DNA of 64,000 nucleotides from Halocafeteria seosinensis (taxonomy: Eukaryota). Made by a program: the position numbers and the translations under genes. The stretch's first letter is position 1. Every line of letters begins with the position of its first letter. This document shows, in pieces, positions 47,301 to 59,948 of this stretch. Below the pieces are notes generated by a model that was given only the letters and a program-made list of their open reading frames with translations, did no database searches and was not told the origin of the DNA. The stretch is from assembly GCA_001687465.1 (NCBI GenBank), contig LVLI01000194.1, forward strand, positions 62,001-126,000. The letters run 5' to 3'.

Positions 47301-50300
47301 ATGCGTTGCGTCGGCCTCACCAGACCTGTCATGATTCGTTGCCCTATTACATACTACCAATGCGGTGGCTGTACTTATGGAAAATTCGGTATGCGTCAAA
47401 TGAAGCAAAAGCTCACACGACTCCCGGAGGGACACCAAGCAGCATGCTAATTGCTTCCCCACAGGGTCAAAAAAATCCTTCAGGCGAAATGTCACTGCTT
47501 GAAAGTCTGAAGGAGACACTGCGACAGCGTTCCGAGATTCAATTAGCTCTTTAACGCCTTGTTCCATCAGCCACTGCGGCCGAATATATGTTTCTGCAGA
47601 TGCGTTGCTATCTGATATTTTCGTTCTCGCAGATGCCCGTGCGGCAGCCAATGCACCTTGTGGCGACGTTCGCGTGCCTTCTTCCAAGTATATTTGAGAG
47701 ATGATGAATCCTGTTGAAATGCAATACAACTGAGTAAACTGGGGTATATATGATTGACGACCTTTCTCTAGTGGGTCATCAGTATCGCCTGCAATCTTAT
47801 CCAGAAATTCCTTGTCAAATGCGACTGAACGTGTCTCTCGTGCTTTGCCACGTTTGGGCAGAAGGATCTCCCACAAGCGTCCTAGTACAGTTCGAGTTTG
47901 GCAAGGGCACGTTTGCCCCAACCTCTCAGGAACTCTGCCGTCTTGCTCACACTTTACCCTCATCCAGAAATCGACAAACGATTGCACTTCTTTCACCCCC
48001 TCCGAAGACTGTTCAACTGATGTCAACGTCTGGCTTCGACGAGGAATCTGGATACAGCATTCTTGCATCTGGAAACATAATAATCGCTGAAGCTGATCAA
48101 ACCAGCTATTACTTCGTTTGGCCTGCTCCAGCGTCACCCAACTCCAATCCGCCAAAAACACATCCAATGTTTCCAAGCTGTCCTGTTTTCGATCTGTCTC
48201 AAACTCTAAGTCCCCATCTAATCCATCTAGCAGACTGCGTAATGCAGTAGTTAGTTTTGCATCATTCCCCGGTGGAAGCATTCTCAGTGTTGGTACCAAC
48301 CACAGCTTGCTATTCTCTTCTTGAGGATGGTACAGTGAACATTCTGAAAGCTCACGAACAACAGTTTCCAAGATGCGAGGGTGAAGACCTAGTTTCTTCA
48401 TAAGGTAAATTGAATGGATACAGAGCGGGAAGAGCTTCAGGGAGTGAGCGAACCCATAAAACATTTCCAGCGTTGAACCAAGACGACATTGAGAATCAGT
48501 GTGCAGTACACCACTGAGATCGCCATGAGCTTCCTCCATGTTCACCGATGCTGAAGCCAGAAGCTGGAAAACATATATCAAGAACCGTCGTACACTTATA
48601 GCGGACGAATGAGCTGAAGTATTCAAGAGAATAGTTCGCAGTACTTCCCCAAGAAAGCACACGCGGAACGAATGAAGATGTTTCGATTGAGAGAGCAGTC
48701 GCCTCCGCAGATGCTGTACGGAACTTCCCTCATCCGATTCTTTCAAATAAAAGCAACATATATCAAGCGCTCGTCCAGCAATGTACAGAGAGCCATTGAT
48801 ACTGGAAAGAACATCGTTCATTGGTCCACAGAAGGAAGTTACCAATGGAACTGTTCGAGGACGACGACGGAGGATCGAGTCGTGCAGCTGTTTAAGTTGC
48901 TCTACATCGGACGGGAGCACGTTCCAATAGCTCGATTTCCGTTGCACATGGGACTTGTTAACGTTTTCCGTTCGGCAATTTAAAGCGCGACGCAATCCTT
49001 CCTCTTGCTGGAGACTTCGCAACGTGGTTTCCTGTCCACCAGGTAGCAATGCACTCAGAAACGCTGCAGGAGACTTGCTCACGAATGGAACCGTTGCGCT
49101 GGTTTTTATGTCATCTGCTTCAATCAACTTGTTCTTTTCTAGGGATTGCTTGTGTACACGCACGATGTTCACGGGGAACGAACTGTGATGAAAAAAATCC
49201 ATCTGCGGCTCCATCTCTGCAGATACGCAACGAAGAGGCCAGATCGTATCCTTGAAGTACATACTATCAACGCTGTCGTTAAATCGCCTGTAGGTACACT
49301 GCGTCGCAGAGGCCTGCTCCTCTGGAGTTACGCGGCAAGTCTCCTGGGAGTCTTGGGGTTTCCCGACGCCAGCGTTTACGTTCTTCGTTTCATACGTCCG
49401 TGAGGAATTCACCATTTTTGCACACGAATTCGCCAAACACGCAGCATGCGTTTGGGCATCTACCTGGTAGCGCTCCCAAGATTGCACGAAGGAGGTATAG
49501 AGGATGTCAAAGTTTCGCTGACTGAAGGACTCGTTCTGAAACACATTATCCAACAGCTCACCATACTCCCCTTCCAGAAGATTGGCATGGTACTCGGAGC
49601 TTAGTTCGGAAAGCAGCCTTTTCGCGTGCTTGATAAATTTCAAAGTAGACACTGGAGTAAAGTCACCCATATCTATATTCCCTCCCCCGATAAAATGCTT
49701 TCCTTCGACGATCCCCGTTGAGAGTATCACCCTTGATAGTTCCTCGACTTCAGCGGCCGGAGGATCTACGACCACCTCTGTAGATCCTGACATAGTGCCT
49801 CCAGCGGCTGCACCGTTTTTTTTAAGTTCAATTAAGTCTTCTATAGCGCTCATAGGAGCCGTAATAATGGACTGTGCAATATCTTCCGTGGGCTCCTCAT
49901 CCTTACTTGCTTCAGCCGGACCTCCCTTGTTCTTCCTCCCGCCAAGAGCCAAAATCAATTCACTACAACGATCCATAGCAGTACTATCCAAAATAATATC
50001 CGGCCAACAGTGAAGTAAAGGCACAATGCCAGGAACAGGCACTGCCATAATCTCACCCACCTTCAGAATAAGATTTCTCAGAGTGACTACGCCTTCGACG
50101 CTTCTCGAAACTTCCTTAGCCGTACCTAATATCGAGTTGTATTTGATTATCAAGAATTGTAAACGCTCAGCAAATCGTAGCATCGGGATGAGCACAGTAC
50201 TGCCTTCCGTTAACACAACAGCTGAACGAGTAGTCCATGTATCGTTAGTTGGATCATATCTCCTTCTAAGTTCATGTTCCGACAAACATCCCAACTCACC

Positions 50301-52838
50301 GATGAGTCTAGAGAGGAAATAAACCAGCGGCAGAGCAGTTACCATATCATTGATAACAGTAGCACAGCTTGCAATGTCAGACTTTGCTGAGCGTTCAGAG
50401 TCGGTTCCAAAGGCCTCTGAATTATTCCACCGGCGTACCTTATCAACGGCCACTAACCAACTTCTCGTATCCATCGATAATGTTGACGAATCCAATATTG
50501 AGAGCCGGTACTGCATGGCCGAACCACCTAGTCGTTTTACAGCAGTTCGCCAAGCTGAATGTAAATGGCATTCTGCAATGACCAGAGTTTGTTCACATCT
50601 TTCAAGTTGCTGAACAAGAGACGCAATAGGGTCATCTAGTGAATTCCAATACTTGAACGAATGCAAAGGAAGATAGTAACAGTTATCCATCTCAAAGAAG
50701 AAGTCAGCAAGTGCTAACGAAAGCCTTTTCCACAGTAACGCTATGCGTGAGGCTTCCTTTGAAAAGATTACGCTGAATGCTAAAGAAGCACCCAAGTTTA
50801 AATCAAAAGCGTTGGTGTGTTCTCCGAAAATCTGAGGGTAGAGAAGAAATAGACCAATCTTGCCAACGAGTTCACTCACCCCAGATTGGGCGACAAATAC
50901 TGAGAGTGAGTTGCAAGATGCAGAGCCTGTGAATTGCTCGAGGAGTCCTCCATATCTTTGGACAAGCTGCTTCGTAACGGTGGGAATAGCATCCATTTCA
51001 ACTTCCAGGAACGCATCCATCAGTTCTGCCAATTCATTGGTACCAGATTGTGCTTCTGTACGCTCAGTTTCGGGGGATTCCCGTGGGCTATTATCCTCCT
51101 CTTCGGCGTTTAAAGAGTATCCGTGACGGACACCCAGAGATGCACCGCACTTTTTCCAGTCAACAGACGATTTTCCAAGAGGATATTTCTCTGTGGGGGC
51201 TTCTATAAAATGAGAATATGAGAACAACAGTTTTGTGCACGTAACTAGGTCAAAAACATATCCCTCTGGAGACGACCCATCGTCCGAATTCGTGGGATGC
51301 CAATCGGGTAGATCCTTAACAAGCGGCATTACCGTGGCTTTCTGCCCATCTTTGTGCTCTTCGGCAGTACCGCCGGGAGTTTTCAACTGCCTACTAGCAC
51401 CTCTGTCTAGGCGCACGCAATCCCCAGTATACATCAGAAGCCTGCGTACCAATTTAACGGGGTGGTCGTCATTAGAGAGCAGTTTATCCCTCGAAACCTT
51501 TTCGGTCTTTTGTTCCAAAGAAATAGAGTACTGCCCCAGGTGTAGAATGCGGTTGTAGACCCATTCAAATGCCTCCAAAATATGTTCCCAAGAGTCGGCA
51601 GGAAGAGTCTCGCTACTCAAGGGGTTCGACCGAACCGGTAGCGCCGGCTTCTCAAGAGCATGGAAAAGTTCCGGATGCATGCCCATATCAGCAGTACCGT
51701 GGTCACCCATGGCATTGTACGGGTTGGTCGTGGGGGGAAAATCAAGTTCAGTCAAAGCCACCAGGGCAAGACCCGAGTCATCATTTCTTGCGGCTCTTCG
51801 GAACGCTACTGCAGCAATTCTCCGATCAATGTGCATTGCCGCATATCCCAGCTTTATCCAGAAGTGCTTTATGGGAATTCTGTTTAATAAAAACTCCAGG
51901 GGAAGATGACGAGTACACAGCCGAAGAATACCAAGCAACAGTTTGAACTGCACACGCTCGAAGCCCGAAAAAGAATTCCCTGGTTCCACAGCCAAGGCTC
52001 CTTTCCAAAAAAAGTAGGCCGCCATTTGAGCTCGTACACCAAAATGGTATTGGTGATTCCTCCCCTTTCCTTCATAATGATGTCCTAAGACAGACGAATG
52101 TGGATAGTGTTGTACATTGTAGTCCTGCACGAGCGGTAATGTCGAATAAAAGCTTAGAATTCAAAATTGTTGGACCAGCATCAATACCATACTTTGCCAT
52201 CCTGTTGAAGCCTCAAAAACAAATCCTTCGCATCGAAGCACACGCGCTCCAGAGTGTGTACTTTCTTTTGCAAATCCGTCGGCGGCTCTAGCGACCCAAG
52301 GCTCTCTGTGGAGTTTTCGTGAGTGACATTTTGGTCCGTGTTAGATTGTTTACTCCCATTGTTGCCAGTGCTTGCCACGTGAGAAAAGGTTGCATTGTTG
52401 GCGTCGTCAGTCGCCTGGTTTGAACTCATGTCGACATCCTCACGGTGATCTCCAGAGTTAGAATTTTCGGATCTAGCTATCATGTCCGAGACGTCTTGAC
52501 ACACAGCATGGAAGCGATCCCAGATGTCACTCTCCTGTCATTGAAATCACACGAAGAGTTAGAAGCATTTTCTAAGTCGCGTTTACTTTGAAAAGAACGC
52601 ATAGTTCAAAAGAGCCCCCACATACTTGACGTTCCAATTCCTCCCAATAAGAAGCTTGGAATCCCTTGTTTCTCTGTCCGTAATTCACTTCCGATGGACC
52701 AGGGGACGAAGAACCCTCCTTCCCTTCCTCCTGAACTCCAGATACATCTGATTTCGTCGTGGTATCTTCGTAAGCAGGGGAAGATCGGGGGCGCTTGCCC
52801 GTCCTCTTATGCTCATGGCGTATTGTCGCCCACGCCAT
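41354..52838 (-). CDS. Very large Cabin1/HIR3-like TPR scaffold (HIRA histone-chaperone complex subunit)
   Basis: Blocks resembling Cabin1, in the expected order: FWIKLGYAAMHI.RRIAAVAF, LAAYDPTQPLPWIILA, YILGKCLLKL, WYRLHATRLK, HRVAYRLS, IFPVRKSHIVDVW, RIKYVRWYLELSEKT. Main exon 41505-52124, probable final exon 41354-41452, start MAWATIRH at 52838. The CDS itself is certain; the family call is less so. Confidence 0.65.
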
Positions 52839-53062
52839 TGCATACAAACTATCACTACCACTTCCACTACCACAGAAACACGATCAATGGAATCAACTAA
52901 TCCAACAATCCATTTTATTGATTTACACTGACAGTACAGAGCACATGGACTATAGTAGAATTGAGGCCCTAATTTGAATTGTGTCCCAACTTAATTAAGG
53001 TGTTTGTTCTGCAATTTTCCCCTCGTTTTCCCAGACAATACATATATAAGAAAGAGAAAAAG

Positions 53063-53821
53063 ATGAGGTTGATACAACTAGTCGTATTGGCCTCGTGCAT
53101 GGCTTTAGTAAAGAGCACAAAGGCCCAGCCGGAGGAGGACCAACAGCAAATTCAGGAGCTTACCGATGATAATTTAGAGCATTTAACGCAAGCCACCACA
53201 GGCGCCACGACGGGAGACTGGCTTATAGAGTTCTACGTACCCTGGTGCCCGCATTGTCGAAGTTTGCTTCCGGTGATGGAAGAACTGGCCTCTGACTTAC
53301 TGACGCAAGGAATCAACGTGGGCAAAGTGAACTGCGCAGGAGGTGGAACTACGCAGTGTAAGAGGATGCTTATTCAGGAGTATCCTACCATACTGTATTT
53401 TCGGCAAGGACAAATGTACAAGTTTAAAGGAAGTGATAGAAGCAAAGAGAATATTGTGGAATTTATAGAGGTACGTTGCTAGAATTGGTCTCGGAACTGA
53501 ACAGCGTAATATGGTATGGCCCATCTGCAGAATATTGCAACTAAGAAGGGTTCACCCATTCCTAATGAAAGAACAATATTTCACCAATATCTTGATTCGT
53601 TCATGCAAACTAGCCGGGAAATGCTGGCAGAAACTGTACGTCCTTGAATCGACGTCTTAGTCGACGTCGCATTAAACTTGATAACAACTGAAAGCAAAGT
53701 GAAATCGCAGGCCCTGTTCGCAAGCGGACACACACGAGCTTTTTTCTGCACGTTGGGAGTCGGTGCTCTGACAGCGTTTATCGCCATCCAGCTCTTGTCC
53801 CTGTGTGGGGGAAAACGATAA
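53063..53821 (+). CDS. Membrane-anchored ER thioredoxin/PDI-family protein (TMX-like)
   Basis: Signal peptide, ELTDDNLEHLTQATTGATTGDWLIEFYVPWCPHC, IQEYPTI, C-terminal TM ending LCGGKR*. Introns at 53471-53530 and about 53636-53710. Confidence 0.88.
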
Positions 53822-53836
53822 ACCACTTGAACCACT

Positions 53837-55586
53837 TCAGCCTGAATTGAAAAGGACACATGCATGGGTATCTTCAATAGCGATGTCTTGAACGGAGAGG
53901 TTTGGCTCCTTCAAGGAACCGATCGGTTTGGGTATTTCCCCCAATTCTGTCAAGCAAAATTCAAGGTTGTCACCGAAAGCAAACGCACGTCCTGTGGTGG
54001 TTACTACAGCTCCATTGTGCCCTCCTGCAGCGATCCGTAGTACATCTCCATCCTTTTCCCAGACACGCTCGATTTTCGATGGCTCCAAGTAAACTTTTGA
54101 TCCTCCACTTCCCGGACTCAAACCCACTTTCCAAACATCGTGACCATTTGTGACCAGAAAAAAGTGCGCTCCGCATGCAATCTGCGTGATGAATGGATGC
54201 GTGTTCTCTTTATCTCCGAAGTCTAGTTTTAATGGTGTTTTGGATTGACTTGTATCAATGAATTTATTTAAGAAACTGTTGTCAGCCTCCCCCGAGTCGT
54301 CTGTTCCGGGGTTCTCGAGTCGATTCGGGTGTCCACCTGGATATTTGCCTCCAATCCTACCCCACCAATAAACTCTGCCCTCCTCCGTCAGTGCTACAGA
54401 AAACGACATGCCAGACCCTACTTGAACGGTCTTCTCCAGTGACCGTGGATGGTCGGGAGAGTCTCGTCCAATGCCGTATACCGGTGTCGGGGTTAGAGCA
54501 ATAGGAGCTTCTCCGAGGCCTAATTCACCTGAACAAAATAAACAATTAGTGTGCAGCATACGCTTCAAGAAAACGTTTCGCCGATTCTCACCTTGGAATC
54601 CTGCGCCGAAACTGTATACTCTTCCAGACTGAGTTAGCGCAAGTGAGAAGTATCTCGACGCTGATGCATCGACTACGCTTTGGTGTATTTCATCAAACGT
54701 TGTTACTTGCACCGGCCACCAACTCAAGTCCTCATTGTTTGCAACTTCCTCGGTCTCATCTGCAATTACCATCGGGAAGTACGTGGTACCCCTGCTGCGT
54801 TAAAATTGCCCGTCCTCGAGGAAGTCGCGGCCGTACCATTCTTTAACCCCGTTCCGAGTTGGCCTTCTCTACCCTCTCCCGCAGTCCATAATGAACCGTT
54901 CTGAATCGGATGACAATTTTAAAAGCTTACATCAGTGAGATCCAATAGTCACGTACCTTTCCAACAATACAAGAATGTGCTCGGCCAAAGTCTGCAGTGG
55001 CAACCTCGTGGCCGTCATTCTCCAATTGAGCCAGATAGTCAGGAGGCTGATTCTCATCGGAAGAAGAATTCTCACCAGAGTCAGTTTCGTCAAAAATATT
55101 GAGAACGTCCGCTAACGTGTTCACTTGAAGTTGCAAGTGATGTGGCAACGTGGCGACAGGCATGTTTGGACCGAGGCCCAAACTAGGGGCCACACCGACA
55201 ACATGCATGTCTCCTGATTGCTGCAGTAATCCAACGTTCCTTTCTCCGGTAAACACTCTTGAGAAAGTAGGCAGATCCCCTAGACGCTTCAGAGAATCTT
55301 GAGACAAATCGGGAAGTTTATGGATCGAAAAACTTTCAGGCCCATCTTTCTCAGGGTATTGCACAACTCCCGGTTGCGTCAGTTCGCTGTCTATCGGACA
55401 CAGGATGACCGCCGGTCCCGTTCTTCCATCCACATTTCGATCTTTAGTTACAGAGCTGAACAATGAAATACTAGGTCTCAAAATGGACTGCTTGTGGAGA
55501 TATAACGCCGGGAACCTTGTCCTGCCACATCCTGACGACAGTGTTCCGGTTCCTCTGAGCACTCCATGTTTGACGGCATTAAACAT
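53837..55586 (-). CDS. RCC1-repeat beta-propeller protein, probably mitochondrial
   Basis: Transit-peptide-like N-terminus MFNAVKHGVLRG. RCC1 repeats DFGRAHSCIV, SRYFSLALTQSGRVYSFG, GMSFSVALTEEGRVYWWG, QIACGAHF, IAAGGHN. Confidence 0.82.
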
Positions 55587-56003
55587 GATATCCTCGACCA
55601 CGACCAGCTGCAACCTCTCTTGCCACATACATACACTAACTATCCTAACGCATCTGCTTGATATGTGCTCAATCTTGCCGATTCGAATCGGCTCTAGACG
55701 GTGCTGTGAAGTTGGCTTAACTTCACAGGAACCAGTATCGGTACGCATGAGCTATGGCGACGTGACTTCCATGCTTCGTCAGTTCGTACTCCTCCTCCTC
55801 CTCCACTTCGCTCATTCTGTGGCAGACAACTCCGGAAGCATCGCAGCGTATCCCTAAACCTTAGGGCCTGGGAGGAATCACCACCGAGGAAGATAAACTT
55901 TGAAATAAACTTCTCGGTAATGTAGATACACAGGAGGCAAATTCATCTATTTTATGCCGTGACTAATTCTGACTTTATAAAACTACCCTATCTACGTGAC
56001 ATC

Positions 56004-58053
56004 TTAAGGCTGCATTGAAGCACTAAACGTGTCCAACACGCTACCACCTTGTTGGTACAGAGGATGAGTCGCCCAGCGGGTTTCGTTTGGGACAAAGGAT
56101 ACGGCGTTCTGATCCAAAAACGTCGAATACATAGAGTCTTCATGATCTACCGTACCACGCATGTACTGCCCTTCGGTAAGTTCTTCTAACATATTGTGTC
56201 CTAATGTCTGCTCTGGAAATGAGCCAGCATCTATCGGAGAGCCGAAATACTGAGAGGATGGATTCGATACTGAGTCAGAAGATTTTGACTGGATACCAGT
56301 TCCCAGCCAATGGGCGTCTTTCTGGAACGATTTTAGGTAATTATTGGTGTCCTCTGGTGACTCAGCCGTTTCGTAACTGTAGAGGCTAAAGTGACTACCA
56401 CCGCTCTGAGCACGAGTACGATGTTTCTGATTTTCTCCTGTTGGGTCGCCTAAGAGTTGAGGGGTATTGACATCCGGCTTTTGAGGCTCTCCAACCTGGG
56501 AATTTGGGTCCAAGGACAAATTCTCAAAGAGGTTCGCCCCGTTCCCGCCAGCCACCGATTGAAATAAGCCCAGTTCGGAGCTGCTGAAGTCGCCGAATGA
56601 AAAAGAGTGTATCGATGCTGGCAAAGTGGAAGCCCGACTGCGGGCCTGCTGCTCTTCCGATGAGGGAGCCATATTGTTCGGCGCTCCTGGCACTTCAGAT
56701 TCACCCAAGGTGGAAGCACGGGTTTTAAATGATCCCTGCAAGGCAAAACGCGTAGTTGGTATGAATATCATACGACTGAAGCGTGGAAATCGAGAACGTC
56801 TACTTACGTTTTTCCCTTCTGAAGAATACTTACTATCCGATGGGTTCTGAGAAACGTCAAATAACGATGATATTCCTAGCACCTCTATCCGAAAAAACTG
56901 GAGTACGAAGACTTACGGAAGCGACGATATTTGACCACCGACATTCTCGTTCGCGGGCCGAGCTGGTTTCTTCGTTCGAGTGCGACCGTACCAGCTGTAC
57001 ATGCTGGCCATCGGTGTTTCTAGATGGAGACAACCACGATGCTCGCGCATCCAAATCTTGATCTTCGCTAGACCTTCTGCCTGGAGACCCAGGATATCTA
57101 GAATCCTTGGGGACAGCCAATTTCACTTCCACCTGCCCAAGGAATAGAGGTCAGTGAAATACCGTCCGGTAGAACGTCCAAAAAGAGTGTTACGAACCAT
57201 TTTGTCGTTGATTGTGTGCATCCGCCGATTAACAACTCGCTGCACAGAAGCGGCATCAGTGAAAACTACGAATCCGAAACCGCGCGATCTGCTCGTCTCC
57301 CGGCTGTACACTACTTGCACACTCTCAATTTCGCCAAATTGTTGGAAGTAGTTTTTGAGATCTTCTGTACTACGTGGAGAACGACGAATTCCGTGAATAG
57401 TAAAGGAAAGGTTAACGTAGTGATTGATGTCCCTACCTTCCGTGGTGCTGTAATGAAGCCCTCCACAAAAAATTTTCCTGTGACTGACAGCAGCAAATGT
57501 GGGATCCTTCGCTGGTTCCGCCGGTTTCGACTGCTTTTGAGGATCGGTCTTTCTTCCGGGAGAAACGTAATTCTTATCTCCATCCCGTGGAACAGCCCGC
57601 TTTATTTCAACCTGAAGCCGTTTGACGTGCATCATCATCCGCGAGCTACATACAACGGTAAAAGAAGAAACCCTTACCGTACGCCCTTCAAGCACTCTTT
57701 CTGACTTGGCCAAGGCATTATCCCGACTGACTTTATCAGCAAAGGTAATGAAACCGAAGCCCCTCGATTTACCTTTGGGGCCATCCCTCATAACGTTTGC
57801 GGCACGAACATTGCCGAACTGTTCACCAAATTCGCGTAACACTTCTGTAGTAACATGATGTCTTCAGAAGTGAGTTCGTGCTATTTTGCTAGTAGACTTC
57901 ACATCTCAAGGCTACATACCATCTCCAGTACTATAGGGTAAGCCTCCAACGAAAACTCGACTGCATTGGATGGATGTACGCTTCAAATTAGTGCGGGCTA
58001 AGCAGGCTGGTCAGGGGTTCAACTTACTATGAGTTCCGCTCGGGTGTGCTCAT
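56004..58053 (-). CDS. Two-RRM RNA-binding protein (Musashi/DAZAP1/hnRNP A1-like) with a long disordered C-terminus
   Basis: RNP2 RVFVGGL and KIFCGGL; RNP1 RGFGFITF and RGFGFVVF; VEIKRAVPR and VEVKLAVPK. First exon MSTPERNS at 58053. Confidence 0.9.
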
Positions 58054-59948
58054 CGTAAACAGATTATTTAAGACGCTCAATTCCTAACTAATCTACTCGT
58101 ATATGACCACGTCAAAACCTTTCAAGCATTGTGGAAACGGGCAAAACCTGCACAACAATCCAACTAGGGTGAGTCATCCTAGCGCCGAACATGGTTTTTT
58201 TCACGCTTCAACTTTTCAGCAATACAGATCATGCGCCCTTGCCGCATGCTCATCCACTGGTAAGGGTGACACTTAACATATCACTGTACGCATATGCCAG
58301 TGCAATAGCACATTACAATGCCAGCGAGCCAAACGTTGGCTACCATAATCGCCTTGGATGAAGCCCACTGTCTAGTAGAAACCTGCCGCTTTGTGGCTTC
58401 CAGTGGAGTATCCAAAGCTTTCTCATTGCCACAAACGCTCCGATACACTTCCTTCCCAACATATACACACTCTACTTGCACTGCATGCGCTTGAGACATA
58501 ATACCAGGCCTCTTGCCAGCAAGGTTGACTCAATCGAATCCAGGTTGAAGCAGATCTCACGTCCTCCTGGGATTCGGTCACCTCTCATCTCCCACCTCAA
58601 AGCACTCGACGTCGTCCGGCAGGCCTCCCCCCGCTGTATTACGCTCTTATGAAGGATTCTCACGCAATAAAATGCCGGATAATCGAGACAAATACGTCAG
58701 ACATCCAGGGAGGAAGTCCACCTCCCTCCTACCTCCCGCAAATGGCACTGTATGAACCGCTTGCGCCAGCGGCAGTGCTTGTTTTCTCTTGGGGGATTCA
58801 GTGTACAAAACTCAAAGAAAAGCAAGGTAGGTTTAGAGAATCCCATATTACGAGAAGCATGCGAGTCTCGGGAGAGTCCACTTTGCAGAGTCGATGAATA
58901 TACTTACAGGATACTGAAATATCTGTTTCAAGGCTCCGAATTCAAACAAAACACACACACAATCACCTTCCACATGAGGAGTGTGCGAGTTTTGTCAACG
59001 GCGGGTTGAAGCTTCGCAGGTTTTAAGTCCGGAGGGACGCTCGTTGACTCGGAGTCAACAATGTCTCAAGTTCATTTCGTCTATTGTGGGAATAAATCAA
59101 TGCTATGGCCAACAAAAACAACATTGGAAATGGCATCGGCCTATCGCTGCTCAGCGCTGTGGTATAATGTACGCGCGTAGCCGCAGATTCCACATGGCTC
59201 TTCCGCTACAACGTACAACGTGTACGGGATGTTACATGGTACATACTTCCAAGAAGATATCCAGGAAAAGAGTGCGCAAAACAGAAGCGTATACTTGATA
59301 ACGCTACGCCTACGCCTAGTCACCAAGATCGGTGCACAACACCGCCCCACCGAGGCTGGAGTCCGTCTACAAAACTGGGAGAGATACTCAGTGTGTGCAC
59401 GGACAGCCATATTTTGTGTGTGCCAAGCAATGTTTGGCCGTAGCTGGCGTAGCATTCCGTTCAATACAGCTTTTCCGACAGGACCCTGTGTGTTGCCACC
59501 TGTGCAGCTTACATACACTACACACACATGGTACCCTGCTGTCGCTACGTCAATCGCGTATACAGGACTACAGTTGCATCACACAGCCTGTGACACAGGC
59601 ATTTCCCAGTAACCAAACGATACAACTTTAGTTCGAAGCCAGATCAGTCTCTCATTCTAGTCTTCTGTCGTCCACAGTAGCAATTCGGAGTCTCCAGACT
59701 CTGGCAGTCACTCTGCTTGTGAATGCCAACTGATTACAAACTTTCATTTCATTGCGAGGCTACCTCTTCTCGAATTCGGTAGGTGATTGAAACAGTACTT
59801 GTATTAACAATGTTTTTTGCATAGAGTGCGATGGCGCCGTAGACTACATCCTTGTGCTATTGGACAAGAAATCAGCCACCAAGAATGTCGTTCTCGTCAC
59901 GTTCTGGCCCGAATGGCCCAGGTAATAGGGGCCTCACATTAACGATAG

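Noticed and set aside
58535..58560. CCAGGTTGAAGCAG as SRP RNA helix 8
   Set aside because: It lacks the GNRA tetraloop and symmetric-loop pairing of the SRP domain IV motif.
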